Positions 48,544 through 57,494 of a stretch of DNA of 64,000 bases are shown one piece after another. The notes under the pieces were generated by a model. It saw nothing but the letters and a program-made list of their open reading frames with translations. It was not told the origin of the DNA and did no database searches. This DNA is from a virus. Its lineage: Duplodnaviria; Caudoviricetes. Position numbers and translations under genes: made by a program. The DNA lies in the IMG/VR virus record IMGVR_UViG_3300033121_002003, positions 1,764 to 65,763 of that record, one strand, 5' to 3'. Position 1 is the first letter of the stretch, and each line of letters starts with the position of its first letter.

Positions 48544-48584
48544 AAACAAAAAGGCCGGACCGGGGGGTTGCCCCAGCCCGGCCT
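48544..48584 (-). terminator. rho-independent terminator after SSB-like gene
   Basis: - strand AGGCCGGGCTGGG-GCAA-CCCCCCGGTCCGGCCT then TTTTGTTT. Confidence 0.8.
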
Positions 48585-48602
48585 CATCCCCATCCCTACC
48601 TG

Positions 48603-49244
48603 CTAGCCGATGGGATAATACCCCTTCACATCCGCCTTGGCCAATAGCTCCTCCCCGGTCTTGGGATGCTCGATCCGGTGATTGTAGCTGCCATCCGCGT
48701 TCTTGGGGAAATTCTTCATCCCGGTCTTGATGTTTTCGTACTTAATCACCTCCCCGGTCTTGGGATCCTTCACCTCAGCCTGTGCCCGCCACTGGGTCTC
48801 GATCTCCACGGTCACATTCTCCCCACCCAGGGTCTCCACCAGCATCTGCTTCAGGTGCCCCAGGCTGCAGGTCCGCGGCGGAGGATTGCCACAGGCCTTC
48901 AGGATCTCATGCACACGGGTGGTACCCGTCCGCATCTTCATGGTGTTGGCGTTGTCAAACACAAACAACCCATCCTCGGGGCTGCCGGGCGCCATGATCT
49001 TCAGGGCAATCGGAACCTGGAGATACGGATCCCCAGTGCCCTCCCCCTTCTTCTCCCCTTCCTTGCGCTGGCGATGGATCTGAATCGGCTCATCCGCGCC
49101 TTGCGGAGCTTTGCCCAAGCAGATAATCGCCTGATGCCGGCCATCGGGCGGCGGCGCCGGCTGTGCCCAAGGATCTTCTACCTCGGCGTATTCCACTTCC
49201 TGATTCAGCAGGTCCTGCAATTGTTCATCGGTCATTGTCGACAT
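48603..49244 (-). CDS. putative single-stranded DNA-binding protein (DUF669-like)
   Basis: PAPPPDGRHQAII OB-fold-like start; lies downstream of Sak4-like ATPase; followed by terminator. Confidence 0.55.
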   Translation of the reverse strand: MSTMTDEQLQDLLNQEVEYAEVEDPWAQPAPPPDGRHQAIICLGKAPQGADEPIQIHRQRKEGEKKGEGTGDPYLQVPIALKIMAPGSPEDGLFVFDNANTMKMRTGTTRVHEILKACGNPPPRTCSLGHLKQMLVETLGGENVTVEIETQWRAQAEVKDPKTGEVIKYENIKTGMKNFPKNADGSYNHRIEHPKTGEELLAKADVKGYYPIG

Positions 49245-49275
49245 TGGTTTATCGGTCCTTTCTTTTGGTAACTAG

Positions 49276-49491
49276 CTAGCGGTCAAAACTTTTGGTTTGG
49301 TTTGCGGTTGCAAGCTGAATAGCCTTTACTATCTGGCGATCCAACTCATCTTCTTGAGCGGTAACCGGACATGTAGCCCGCACCCACTCAAACAATTCCT
49401 TCAGCCGGGACAGCTGTTCGGGGGTAACAATCAGGGCTATTTCCCTACCCAGCTCCCTACCCTGTTCATTTTCCTGCCTTGGCATACCCAA
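49276..49491 (-). CDS. hypothetical protein
   Basis: 71-aa ORF. Confidence 0.45.
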   Translation of the reverse strand: MGMPRQENEQGRELGREIALIVTPEQLSRLKELFEWVRATCPVTAQEDELDRQIVKAIQLATANQTKSFDR

Positions 49492-50545
49492 CCACCCCTT
49501 CCTTTTCTAGAAACTGAACAAACTGTTCCATACCCCGGAACTTCCCATCCTTATCCACACCCATGGGAATAAACCCGCCCGGAAACTGCTTGCACAGCTT
49601 AGCTGATTTTTCCAAGCTCAAGCTGACCTTGCAGGGCCAGGACGCCTTCATCACCGTCGGCTCCGGATGCCTTAGAAAATAAGCCTTAAACACCCGGCTG
49701 TCCGGGTTTTTGGGGTCCTCCCAATCCACATCCAACCTAAACGCATGGGCAAAGTTCTCCGTCGTCCTGCTCACCAGCGCCTTGCCGATGGTCGCCGGCC
49801 CCAGCGCCACCATGGCTTTGTTCAGCTCATCCTCCCCTTTGGATTCGTGGCTGGTCCAGATACAATACTCCACCGGCAAGGCCTTAAACGCCGGCCACAG
49901 GCGGTTCCTCAAAATATTGTGGATATGGTTGTAATGGGCTCGTCCCCCTTGGCCCTCGGTGATCTTGAACTTCTCCGGGCTGCCATCCACCGGCAGGGTC
50001 AATTCATAACTCCCCACTACATCCTCCGCGATCTTCAACCTGTTCCGGATCATCTGTGCCATCAGCATCTGGCTGATTACCGCGGCGCCCTCTACCAACA
50101 TGAACTTTACTTCCTTGGCCCGATCCGGCGGGGTTTTGATCAACCTGATTTCATTCCCCATAATTTTGGGCCAGAACCCCTGGCCCACCGCTGACAGCAC
50201 CTCCAGGGTAGAGGTAGTGGTGGCCAGATCAAACGCCTCAATCTTTCCGTCTGGATTCTCCGGAGACTGAATCAAATCCACCAGCGGCGCAAAGCTGGAG
50301 TCCCCGGTTATCAATCTTCCATGCCAGCCCCAGGTGTTTACCAAATACCTGGCAATCTCTCCCAGCTGGCTGGTTTTGCCCGTATCACTGGCCCCATATA
50401 GGAGCATGAACTGGGACTTGCTAGCCCCTATAACCGCAGGCCTAACCGGCGGTGGGGATTGGGATTGTGTTGTGGGGTTGGTGGCTGGAGTAGCCCGGGT
50501 AGGTGTCGGAACTGCCGTAGCAGTCCCCGATCCGATCGTAGACAT
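49466..50545 (-). CDS. AAA_24/Sak4-like recombination ATPase
   Basis: MLLYGASDTGKTS, FMLVEG, CIWTSHE, GPATIGKAL. Confidence 0.75.
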   Translation of the reverse strand: MSTIGSGTATAVPTPTRATPATNPTTQSQSPPPVRPAVIGASKSQFMLLYGASDTGKTSQLGEIARYLVNTWGWHGRLITGDSSFAPLVDLIQSPENPDGKIEAFDLATTTSTLEVLSAVGQGFWPKIMGNEIRLIKTPPDRAKEVKFMLVEGAAVISQMLMAQMIRNRLKIAEDVVGSYELTLPVDGSPEKFKITEGQGGRAHYNHIHNILRNRLWPAFKALPVEYCIWTSHESKGEDELNKAMVALGPATIGKALVSRTTENFAHAFRLDVDWEDPKNPDSRVFKAYFLRHPEPTVMKASWPCKVSLSLEKSAKLCKQFPGGFIPMGVDKDGKFRGMEQFVQFLEKEGVVGYAKAGK

Positions 50546-50643
50546 ATGGTAAAGTCCTTTTAGCTTTTAGCTTTAAGTTGTTAATCGTTCAAGGGTTAGG
50601 GATTTCGGATCCAAAAGCCCTGGCTGCCATCAACCGGGCCCAA

Positions 50644-50937
50644 TTAGAATCCTACTCCCCCCGCCTTAATGTTGTCAACCAATTTCTTTTGGACATGATG
50701 CAGTTTTTTATTCCCCACCTCAAACGCCCGGCAGGGCCACCGAAAAGGGATAGACCAATCCGGACGGTAATATACTAGGGCCCCACAGGCATAAGCCTGA
50801 TACTGGTACCATCCCAACAAAGTAGGCCCATTGGCTGGGGTCGGAGCCATCAAACTATCTGCCCCGCAATCAGGGCAGTAATGCTGCGGTCCGGTTATTG
50901 GAGGGCTGGGCATCATCAAACTCCTGGGCATCATCAA
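50644..50937 (-). CDS. zinc-ribbon protein
   Basis: YCPDCG ... YACG ... WPC. Confidence 0.5.
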   Translation of the reverse strand: MMMPRSLMMPSPPITGPQHYCPDCGADSLMAPTPANGPTLLGWYQYQAYACGALVYYRPDWSIPFRWPCRAFEVGNKKLHHVQKKLVDNIKAGGVGF

Positions 50938-51379
50938 ACTCCTTCTTTGTTATTCCTACGATCTTATCCGCCGCTGACAAAGTCTGAGCAATATAATGCA
51001 TCAGCCTAGGATCGGTTTTGGCTGGCCCAGCAAGCCCCCCTCGAGGAAGGTTATCCAAAATTTCCCTTATCTTATCAGCCGCAAACAGCCGCTGTTGTTG
51101 GGCCCCCCATATCCCACCTATCAACGGCGCCCCCGGGTCATTGCACAAATCATATCCCGCCCAGCTAAGGGGCGGATTTCCCCGATACCGATCCTTTTCT
51201 CTCCCCAATACCTCTCTCACTATCTTTCGCCACCGACGGGTATTTGGCAATTCCCAAGCACGCTGCCGTAGCATTTTGAAACGGTTTGGCAGCCGGTCTT
51301 TTACCCGCCACCCCACCATCCAAGACATCCACAGCTTCTTGCTATTCTGTTGATACGGCCACGGTATTGGCTTTGGCAT
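50870..51379 (-). CDS. hypothetical protein
   Basis: Start ATG 51379 after AAGGAGG; 18-bp tandem duplication near 3' end (EFDDAQ x2). Confidence 0.55.
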   Translation of the reverse strand: MPKPIPWPYQQNSKKLWMSWMVGWRVKDRLPNRFKMLRQRAWELPNTRRWRKIVREVLGREKDRYRGNPPLSWAGYDLCNDPGAPLIGGIWGAQQQRLFAADKIREILDNLPRGGLAGPAKTDPRLMHYIAQTLSAADKIVGITKKEFDDAQEFDDAQPSNNRTAALLP

Positions 51380-51390
51380 CTTGTTCCTCC

Positions 51391-52743
51391 TTATCCCAAA
51401 TCCCCCAATATCCCAGCCACCGATTTCTCCAGTTGCTGCTGATACCGATACCCTTCCATCCCCTGGATCTCCAACCCCCCAATCTTCTCCAATACCGCAT
51501 CCGCCCGGGCCTGCCACACCCACAACCTATCCGAATCCTTATGCAACACCCGGATCACTTCCTTTTCCACCGCCAGGGTCCGGTAGCGCTCCAACAACCC
51601 GCCCTCATTTCCAATCACCACCCGATTAGCTAATCGCACCAACCCTTCCGCCAGGCACATCTGCTCCATTTCGGTCTGGAAATCCGCCAGGTCCGTAATG
51701 GGCTGACCATCCTCCGTAAACTCATCCTCCCGGATTCCCCCTTCCCTAATAATCCGCTGGTAACAATCCAACGCCGTCCCAACCGCTTCATCCTCCCCCT
51801 TGCCTAGCATCAACGCCCCCAGGCCCTCATGCACCACAATCCCTGTGGCTAGGGGAATGGCCGTGGCTTTGGGCCTCACCCCAAACCCGCCATAATGATA
51901 TTCCAACCACCGGCTTAGTTCACACCGGTGGCGCTGCAACACCCGGCTACGGTCCACCCAGATAATCTCCCTCCCCCGGGCATATTGGGTCAGATCTTGG
52001 ATCTTCAAAGCCAGCTGTTCATCCACCATCCCCAAATCCAAACAGGTTGAATCCTGAATCTGAACCAATCCGGCTTCCGGCCCGTGATGCGGCTTCCGGG
52101 GCACAAACTTCTCCGGATCGTTGATATCCAGGGACTCATGGCAATACCCATAAAACCCACACCGGCTGGGCCAAACACAACTCCTGGTTCCATCCTCAAT
52201 AAACTCTGCTATTCCCTGCTCATCCAGTTGATCGTGCCCGGTGCGCTGGGTCCAAGCCTGCTCAGCCCAGCTGGTCTGCCGCCACCATCTCTGAATCTTC
52301 TCCGGCTTCCGGTAATAAAGCGCCGGCTCCATCACCAGCTTCCCCAACTCCATCCCCAATCCATCCTTGGTGGGATAATGCCGCCCCTCCATCAGCATAT
52401 CCACCCATTCCTTGCTCCCCATCTCCTGCCACACCGCAAACTTCTCCCACTTAGGGCTGACATACTTGGGCGAGTATTGCCACTCCCCTTGGAGGGATTT
52501 GTAGGCATTCACCAGGGGAGATTGCTGGATCCGCCTCCCATCCTTTTCCTTCTTCCTATACCCTTTCACCAAATAAACCATCTTCACCGCATAGATATCC
52601 TGGCCCAGCTCCGCCTCGTGAGCCCAGGTTTCCGATATCCCCTGCATATCCACTTCACCGTCAAGGACGGTGCGTTGGTCGGTATTGCTGGCGGTCTTCC
52701 AACTAAGGAGATGAATCTCCTTTGCGGGTTGTTGATTTTCCAT
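51391..52743 (-). CDS. Cas4/AddB-like PD-(D/E)xK nuclease, apparently circularly permuted
   Basis: SWKTAS and CxxxxxCxxxxxCH occur before DRSR...RCELSRW...GIVVHEGL...AVEKE...RADA. Confidence 0.7.
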   Translation of the reverse strand: MENQQPAKEIHLLSWKTASNTDQRTVLDGEVDMQGISETWAHEAELGQDIYAVKMVYLVKGYRKKEKDGRRIQQSPLVNAYKSLQGEWQYSPKYVSPKWEKFAVWQEMGSKEWVDMLMEGRHYPTKDGLGMELGKLVMEPALYYRKPEKIQRWWRQTSWAEQAWTQRTGHDQLDEQGIAEFIEDGTRSCVWPSRCGFYGYCHESLDINDPEKFVPRKPHHGPEAGLVQIQDSTCLDLGMVDEQLALKIQDLTQYARGREIIWVDRSRVLQRHRCELSRWLEYHYGGFGVRPKATAIPLATGIVVHEGLGALMLGKGEDEAVGTALDCYQRIIREGGIREDEFTEDGQPITDLADFQTEMEQMCLAEGLVRLANRVVIGNEGGLLERYRTLAVEKEVIRVLHKDSDRLWVWQARADAVLEKIGGLEIQGMEGYRYQQQLEKSVAGILGDLG

Positions 52744-52815
52744 TAGGTGTGCCTCTTTTCCAAATCCGACAAAACCACTTTATGAAACTCCTCCGGGTCC
52801 GTCAACCGGGGCCTA

Positions 52816-53088
52816 TTAGCCATTCACCACCTCCTGAGTCAATTCCCGTCTCCCTTCCTTCATCGCTTCCCGATCTTCTTCATCCCACCCCTCCCTGCAT
52901 TGCTGATATACCTCCGCCGCGGCTGCTCGTGCTTTTTCCCTAGCCACCTTCATCATCCTCAACTGCACCGCCCGGCCGCGCATCTTGGCGGCTAGCCACT
53001 CTGCCCCTTTGGGGTCCACCCAACACATCCCCCCTACCATCCCGGGGATGGCCAACGCCAACCCCCCTGTCAAAATCAATGCATCCAT
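52816..53088 (-). CDS. membrane-anchored hypothetical protein
   Basis: MDALILTGGLALAIPGMVGGMCW TM segment then basic helix. Confidence 0.5.
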   Translation of the reverse strand: MDALILTGGLALAIPGMVGGMCWVDPKGAEWLAAKMRGRAVQLRMMKVAREKARAAAAEVYQQCREGWDEEDREAMKEGRRELTQEVVNG

Positions 53089-53130
53089 TTCTGATCTCCT
53101 ATTCCTTTCTACTTTGATAACCAATCCCCA

Positions 53131-53160
53131 ATAAAAAAGGGGGCCGCTCGGACAGCCCCC
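53131..53160 (-). terminator. rho-independent terminator
   Basis: - strand GGGGGCTG-TCCGAG-CGGCCCCC-TTTTTTAT. Confidence 0.8.
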
Positions 53161-53191
53161 TCTTTCCCACAACCCCGATCATTGATCGGGA

Positions 53192-53686
53192 TTAGCTGGC
53201 CTTCTGAAACACCTCATCCATCTCCGGCCGGGTCGACTCCACCGCCTCTTTAAACATCTCCTCCTGGGTGGGTTGGGCCTGCTGGGCCGGCTGGGCCTGC
53301 TCTCCTGCCGGGGCCGCGGGCGCCTGCTTGGGTTTGTTCTTACTCCCCGGCGGGCGGCCTCGCTTCTTGGCCGGTACCTGCTCGGGCGGCGCCGACTGGG
53401 CCGATCCCGTTCCCTTGACCACCCCAATGGTCCCTGCCACAATAGGCTGGGCAGCCTGAGCTTGGGCAATTCCCACCCCAATCAACCCATTCCTTACCGC
53501 GATCAGTTCTCGGGCGGTCTGTTCCAACTTCGCAATCTCCTGATCAATCCGCTGGATCAGCAAATATCGTGCATCCTGTCCCAATCCCATCAACGGATTG
53601 GGCGGTAGCTGAAAAGTGGGGGCCGGCGTAGCCAAATTGGCCTTGCCCTGCCCGGTGCTGGTGTTTTTTTGTTTGCGCTTCGGCAT
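53192..53686 (-). CDS. coiled-coil + AT-hook DNA-binding protein
   Basis: IQRIDQEIAKLEQTARELIAVRNGL; KKRGRPPGSKNKPK. Confidence 0.65.
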   Translation of the reverse strand: MPKRKQKNTSTGQGKANLATPAPTFQLPPNPLMGLGQDARYLLIQRIDQEIAKLEQTARELIAVRNGLIGVGIAQAQAAQPIVAGTIGVVKGTGSAQSAPPEQVPAKKRGRPPGSKNKPKQAPAAPAGEQAQPAQQAQPTQEEMFKEAVESTRPEMDEVFQKAS

Positions 53687-53718
53687 AGATTTATTGTGCT
53701 CCCTTATTGGCAACGTTG

Positions 53719-54177
53719 TCAACCCTCCCATGGCCGCATTGCGGCCAGCAACGCCTCAGACAGCTCTTTGGCTTCTTTGTGGGTCAGCTCATGAACCGAA
53801 GACCGGAAAGCCACCTCTACCATCGCTTCGTTGCTAGATATCATGTAGTCGTTCTTTCCGGCCTCATAGTAAATCCGCCCCGAGGCTGGCGGGTCTGGCG
53901 GGTCTGGTATCATCCCGCAGATCTTTTCCGTAACCCAGGCCAACAGTTGTTTGTCCTCAGTAGCCATAATGGTTGACCGGGCTACGGCATCAAACGCCTG
54001 ATCTACTTTATACCGGGGATTCGGTATCCCTGCTGGCTCCCCCAATTCCTCCCATCTTTGCAACTCTGCTCGGGCCGCTGCTAGGTTTATGTCATCCCTA
54101 CATGCTTGTCGGGTCGACATCCCACAATTCTGCTGCAGCATCTCCAACAGCCGCTTGGCTTTTTCTGCGTTGGTCAT
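53719..54177 (-). CDS. hypothetical protein
   Basis: Coupled ORF on coding strand. Confidence 0.5.
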   Translation of the reverse strand: MTNAEKAKRLLEMLQQNCGMSTRQACRDDINLAAARAELQRWEELGEPAGIPNPRYKVDQAFDAVARSTIMATEDKQLLAWVTEKICGMIPDPPDPPASGRIYYEAGKNDYMISSNEAMVEVAFRSSVHELTHKEAKELSEALLAAMRPWEG

Positions 54178-54431
54178 TTTGACTTATCTCCCTTTCTTTC
54201 CCTCTCCCTCAACCCCCAATTCAACGCCATCCTGGCCACCCCCCGGGTGATCAAATGCTCTACCCTGGCCCATTCCTTCTCATCCCCGATCAGATATATC
54301 CCAATCACCCCCAGCCCATTCCCCCAGCCCATTGCCAACCCCAGAATATCCAGCTTATCCCTCACCGTCCCCGGAGGCAGCCTCGCCGGCGGCAGCCGCC
54401 CCCAATGCCCAAGATCTTTATCTCTTTTCAT
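54174..54431 (-). CDS. hypothetical protein
   Basis: Coupled ORF. Confidence 0.45.
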   Translation of the reverse strand: MKRDKDLGHWGRLPPARLPPGTVRDKLDILGLAMGWGNGLGVIGIYLIGDEKEWARVEHLITRGVARMALNWGLRERERKGDKSK

Positions 54432-54435
54432 TCCC

Positions 54436-54933
54436 CTACCCTGCTTTCTCCTTGGCCAGCTTTTCCTTATGCTGCTTATTCAATACCTTCAATCCCGGGT
54501 TGGCCACATAATACCCCGCCAGCTGCCTCCCCGCCGGAGTCAGCTGCCAGGCCGCCCCGCCCCCTGCCAACTTCAACATCACCACCTTCCCCTCTCCTTC
54601 CAGCCGGCTCAGGGTATGCGTCACCAACTCCCGATCATACCTCAGTGCCTCCTGCAGCTGGATATAGCTGGCCGGACCGGTAAACAGCGCCCGCAGAATC
54701 TCCGCCTGGGCTCCCCGATTCCGGCGGTAGGTTTCCGACGGCGCTACCCGTTCCTTTACGGGGAGAGAGGGCGCCTGCCATTTTGGGGCAGGCTCCTCTT
54801 CTTTCTCTTTGGCTGCCTGCTTGCCGTCTCCCATCCCTTGGGCCAGCTGAATCCCCTTCAAAAACATCTTGGCCTCGGCCTTTTCCAGCCCCTGCAAAAT
54901 CTCCAGCATCTCATCCGTCAATGTGATTGCCAT
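54436..54933 (-). CDS. winged-HTH protein
   Basis: ILRALFTGPASYIQLQEALRYDRELVTHTLSRLEGEGKV...WQLTPAG. Confidence 0.7.
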   Translation of the reverse strand: MAITLTDEMLEILQGLEKAEAKMFLKGIQLAQGMGDGKQAAKEKEEEPAPKWQAPSLPVKERVAPSETYRRNRGAQAEILRALFTGPASYIQLQEALRYDRELVTHTLSRLEGEGKVVMLKLAGGGAAWQLTPAGRQLAGYYVANPGLKVLNKQHKEKLAKEKAG

Positions 54934-56418
54934 TTGGTTATTCCTTTCCTTCCCTATTCCCTTTCCCTTTCTCTATTCCCAAATAATCCTCAATCGCGGC
55001 TTCACCCGCTCTCATCACCGCCCTTAGTAACCACTCCTGAAACCCCCGGGTGTAATCCGCCTGCCCACTGTAATGATGGGCCAGCTCCTCCAAAATCGTC
55101 ATATCCAAATCCTCCCCACCCACCTCCATGTTGATCTGCACCTGCCGGGTCTTGGGATTGTACTGTCCTTTGGTAATCCCCCCTTGCCCCGGATGCTCCC
55201 GAAACCCCACAAACTCCGGCCGCGGCTTTCGGGCATCCAATCCCCACTTCTCCACCCGCTGGCACCATTCAAAACACCGGGCCAGGTTCAGCCCCGCTAG
55301 GGGCTGTTCTTGCCATCCTTGCTTGGCCATATCCCCAACCACTGTCGCCACCGTCGGCCCGCCCATGTTCTCCACTGCATGCGCCCAGCCCGGCGGCACC
55401 ACGATGGCCTTCAATCCCCTGGCCCTGGCCACCTCCGCCGAGGCCTCCGTAGCCGCCAGCACCCCTTTCTCCCCCAATCTCTCCGCCAGCTCCTGCTTAA
55501 TCCCTTCCTTCTTCTGCCAGTCGTAGCTGGTGAGGGAATACTCATTCAAAAACTTCCCCTCCCACCAATCCAACTGATCTTCCCTACCCCCCAGCTTCAT
55601 CACCATATCCGCGTAGATCTTGGGATCCGCCGTCAGCAACCCCCCTACCTTGTAAGCAATATCCCAATCACTCGCTTTCCGGGCCTCATCCACATCCAAA
55701 TCCTTGAAATTGTAATCAAACAAACTGTTCTTTGCCTGATCCCCCTCCCCGCTCCACTGCCGGATCAATACCCCCCGGCGATAGAACCGGGGCGGCCCGG
55801 GCTTCTGCTTCTCAATCGGCCCGTACTGCTGCCGCAGATTCCCCCCCTCCCGGCGGAAGTGCAGAAACATCGCCTCCAACCCCGCCTGCAGGTAATCCTG
55901 GGTAGTCCCCTCCCCGGCCTGCTTCACTCCCCACGGGATGTAAATCCGAGTCTCCCCCGACTTCGCCCGCGGCGGTTTGGTAGTCAACCCTACCCCAACT
56001 CCGGCCGGATTCCCTCCAACCTCATCCAGAGCATTGCTGACAAACTCCCTCACAGGCATCCACAGGTCATTCCAATCCCTCTCCCCCATCTGAATCACTG
56101 AGCCATAACTCTTCCACCCGCCCCCGTCCACCCGATACAAAATCTCCTGATGCTCCTTGGCCCGGACCTGGATCTTGCCCAGCCCAAACTCAATCTGGCG
56201 GGTGCCCAGATAAACCCGCGGCAACCTCCCCACCCGTGCCAACTGGGCCACACTATACTTAATCCCGCTACCAAACATCCCAATGGTATTGGGATCCTGG
56301 GCATCTTTATCAGAGGCCCCCATCAACAAAAACCCTTCCAGGGGAGCCACCCCCGGATTAGTGATCATCAACCATTCCTGATTGTTATCAGCCATTTGGT
56401 TATTCCTTTCCTTCCCTA
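54929..56418. repeat. 28-bp exact direct repeat pair (54929-54956; 56391-56418)
   Basis: gccatttggttattcctttccttcccta at both positions, covering RBS + start codon of two consecutive genes. Confidence 0.9.
54938..56395 (-). CDS. GHKL (Hsp90/MORC-like) ATPase with C-terminal zincin-like segment
   Basis: ITNPG...MGASDK...IGMFGSGIKYS; REFVSNALDE; C-terminal TILEELAHHYS. Confidence 0.65.
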   Translation of the reverse strand: MADNNQEWLMITNPGVAPLEGFLLMGASDKDAQDPNTIGMFGSGIKYSVAQLARVGRLPRVYLGTRQIEFGLGKIQVRAKEHQEILYRVDGGGWKSYGSVIQMGERDWNDLWMPVREFVSNALDEVGGNPAGVGVGLTTKPPRAKSGETRIYIPWGVKQAGEGTTQDYLQAGLEAMFLHFRREGGNLRQQYGPIEKQKPGPPRFYRRGVLIRQWSGEGDQAKNSLFDYNFKDLDVDEARKASDWDIAYKVGGLLTADPKIYADMVMKLGGREDQLDWWEGKFLNEYSLTSYDWQKKEGIKQELAERLGEKGVLAATEASAEVARARGLKAIVVPPGWAHAVENMGGPTVATVVGDMAKQGWQEQPLAGLNLARCFEWCQRVEKWGLDARKPRPEFVGFREHPGQGGITKGQYNPKTRQVQINMEVGGEDLDMTILEELAHHYSGQADYTRGFQEWLLRAVMRAGEAAIEDYLGIEKGKGNREGKE

Positions 56419-56690
56419 ATCTCCTCCACCCTGACCAACCACTTCCGGCCGTTGTGGGTAATCACCTGGCCATCCCCATATTTAATGGTATCGTTGATGT
56501 AAATCTCCGCCCCTAGCTTGTGCTCCCGCTTCTGATACTCTTCAATCTCCTCCTGCAATCCCCGTTTGGCGGCTTTTCGATAAACCCCTAGCCAGCAGTA
56601 ACTCTCCTCATCCCCGTGGCAGCGCCAGTTAATGATTTCAATCCGCCCCGGAATCCGCCGTGGCTTTTTCATACTCTCCCTTTCCCCCAT
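56400..56690 (-). CDS. hypothetical protein
   Basis: 96-aa ORF. Confidence 0.45.
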   Translation of the reverse strand: MGERESMKKPRRIPGRIEIINWRCHGDEESYCWLGVYRKAAKRGLQEEIEEYQKREHKLGAEIYINDTIKYGDGQVITHNGRKWLVRVEEIREGKE

Positions 56691-56946
56691 CCTCCAATTC
56701 CTTCTTCAACCTATCCACCAGATCCCGGGCATCCCGATAATCCGCCTGAGCCTTCAGCATCTTATGCCAGGCTTGCTCCAAATACCTATCCGGCCGAATC
56801 AGGGTCCAATTGCCCCACCCCGCCCAGATAAACCTCCCTTCCTGATTGGTCTTATCCAACCCATCCGGGGTAAATACCATTTCTTCCCCTCCCACAGGCT
56901 CTCCCTTTCTTTGGCCCCCACGGCCACCTATCACCCCACACCACAC
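56638..56946 (-). CDS. hypothetical protein
   Basis: ORF on coding strand. Confidence 0.4.
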   Translation of the reverse strand: MWCGVIGGRGGQRKGEPVGGEEMVFTPDGLDKTNQEGRFIWAGWGNWTLIRPDRYLEQAWHKMLKAQADYRDARDLVDRLKKELEDGGKGEYEKATADSGAD

Positions 56947-56952
56947 CAGACC

Positions 56953-57369
56953 TTACACGAATGGCTGTTGTGCGCGATGCATGGACGTTTCCGCGCGCTG
57001 TAAGTCACCAGCATGAAACGCGTCGAAACACTCCCGTGCAGACCGCATTGTATCCTCAGAAGGAAACGCTTCAAACGTAGCCCATAAGTCGCCGACTTCG
57101 ACGATTCCAGCGAAAGACGTGCTATCAAGCCATGCCTTGAACTGTTGCGTTACGATTCCGGCTTCGATACTGATGACTGATTCCTCGAGATCAACCACGC
57201 GGCCGGTATCCTCGATTTGTTCGGCTTCGTTCGGTACTGTCGATGTTTGCTGTGGAAGATTCGGGCCGGCGCCATCGAGTGACTGTACGATCCATACGCG
57301 TTCATGGCGATCCACATAAAACGTGTCTTGTGGCGTTTCCCAGTAGCTTTCAGGCTCAACGTGTCGCAT
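56953..57369 (-). CDS. hypothetical protein of foreign composition
   Basis: ATG 57369 with GAAAGGTAGG RBS; lacks the G-run bias of its neighbours. Confidence 0.55.
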   Translation of the reverse strand: MRHVEPESYWETPQDTFYVDRHERVWIVQSLDGAGPNLPQQTSTVPNEAEQIEDTGRVVDLEESVISIEAGIVTQQFKAWLDSTSFAGIVEVGDLWATFEAFPSEDTMRSARECFDAFHAGDLQRAETSMHRAQQPFV

Positions 57370-57494
57370 TGTTCCTACCTTTCGTTTGTTCGAACCAATC
57401 AAACTACATCCGCCGGGTACAGCGTATAGCTGTACCCTCGGCCTCGCTTTTGTTCACCATCGGCCAATACATATAGGCCAATGGCGGAGCTTCA

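Noticed and set aside
50907-50942. 18-bp perfect tandem duplication
   Set aside because: A simple in-frame EFDDAQ duplication near a C-terminus; no evidence of function
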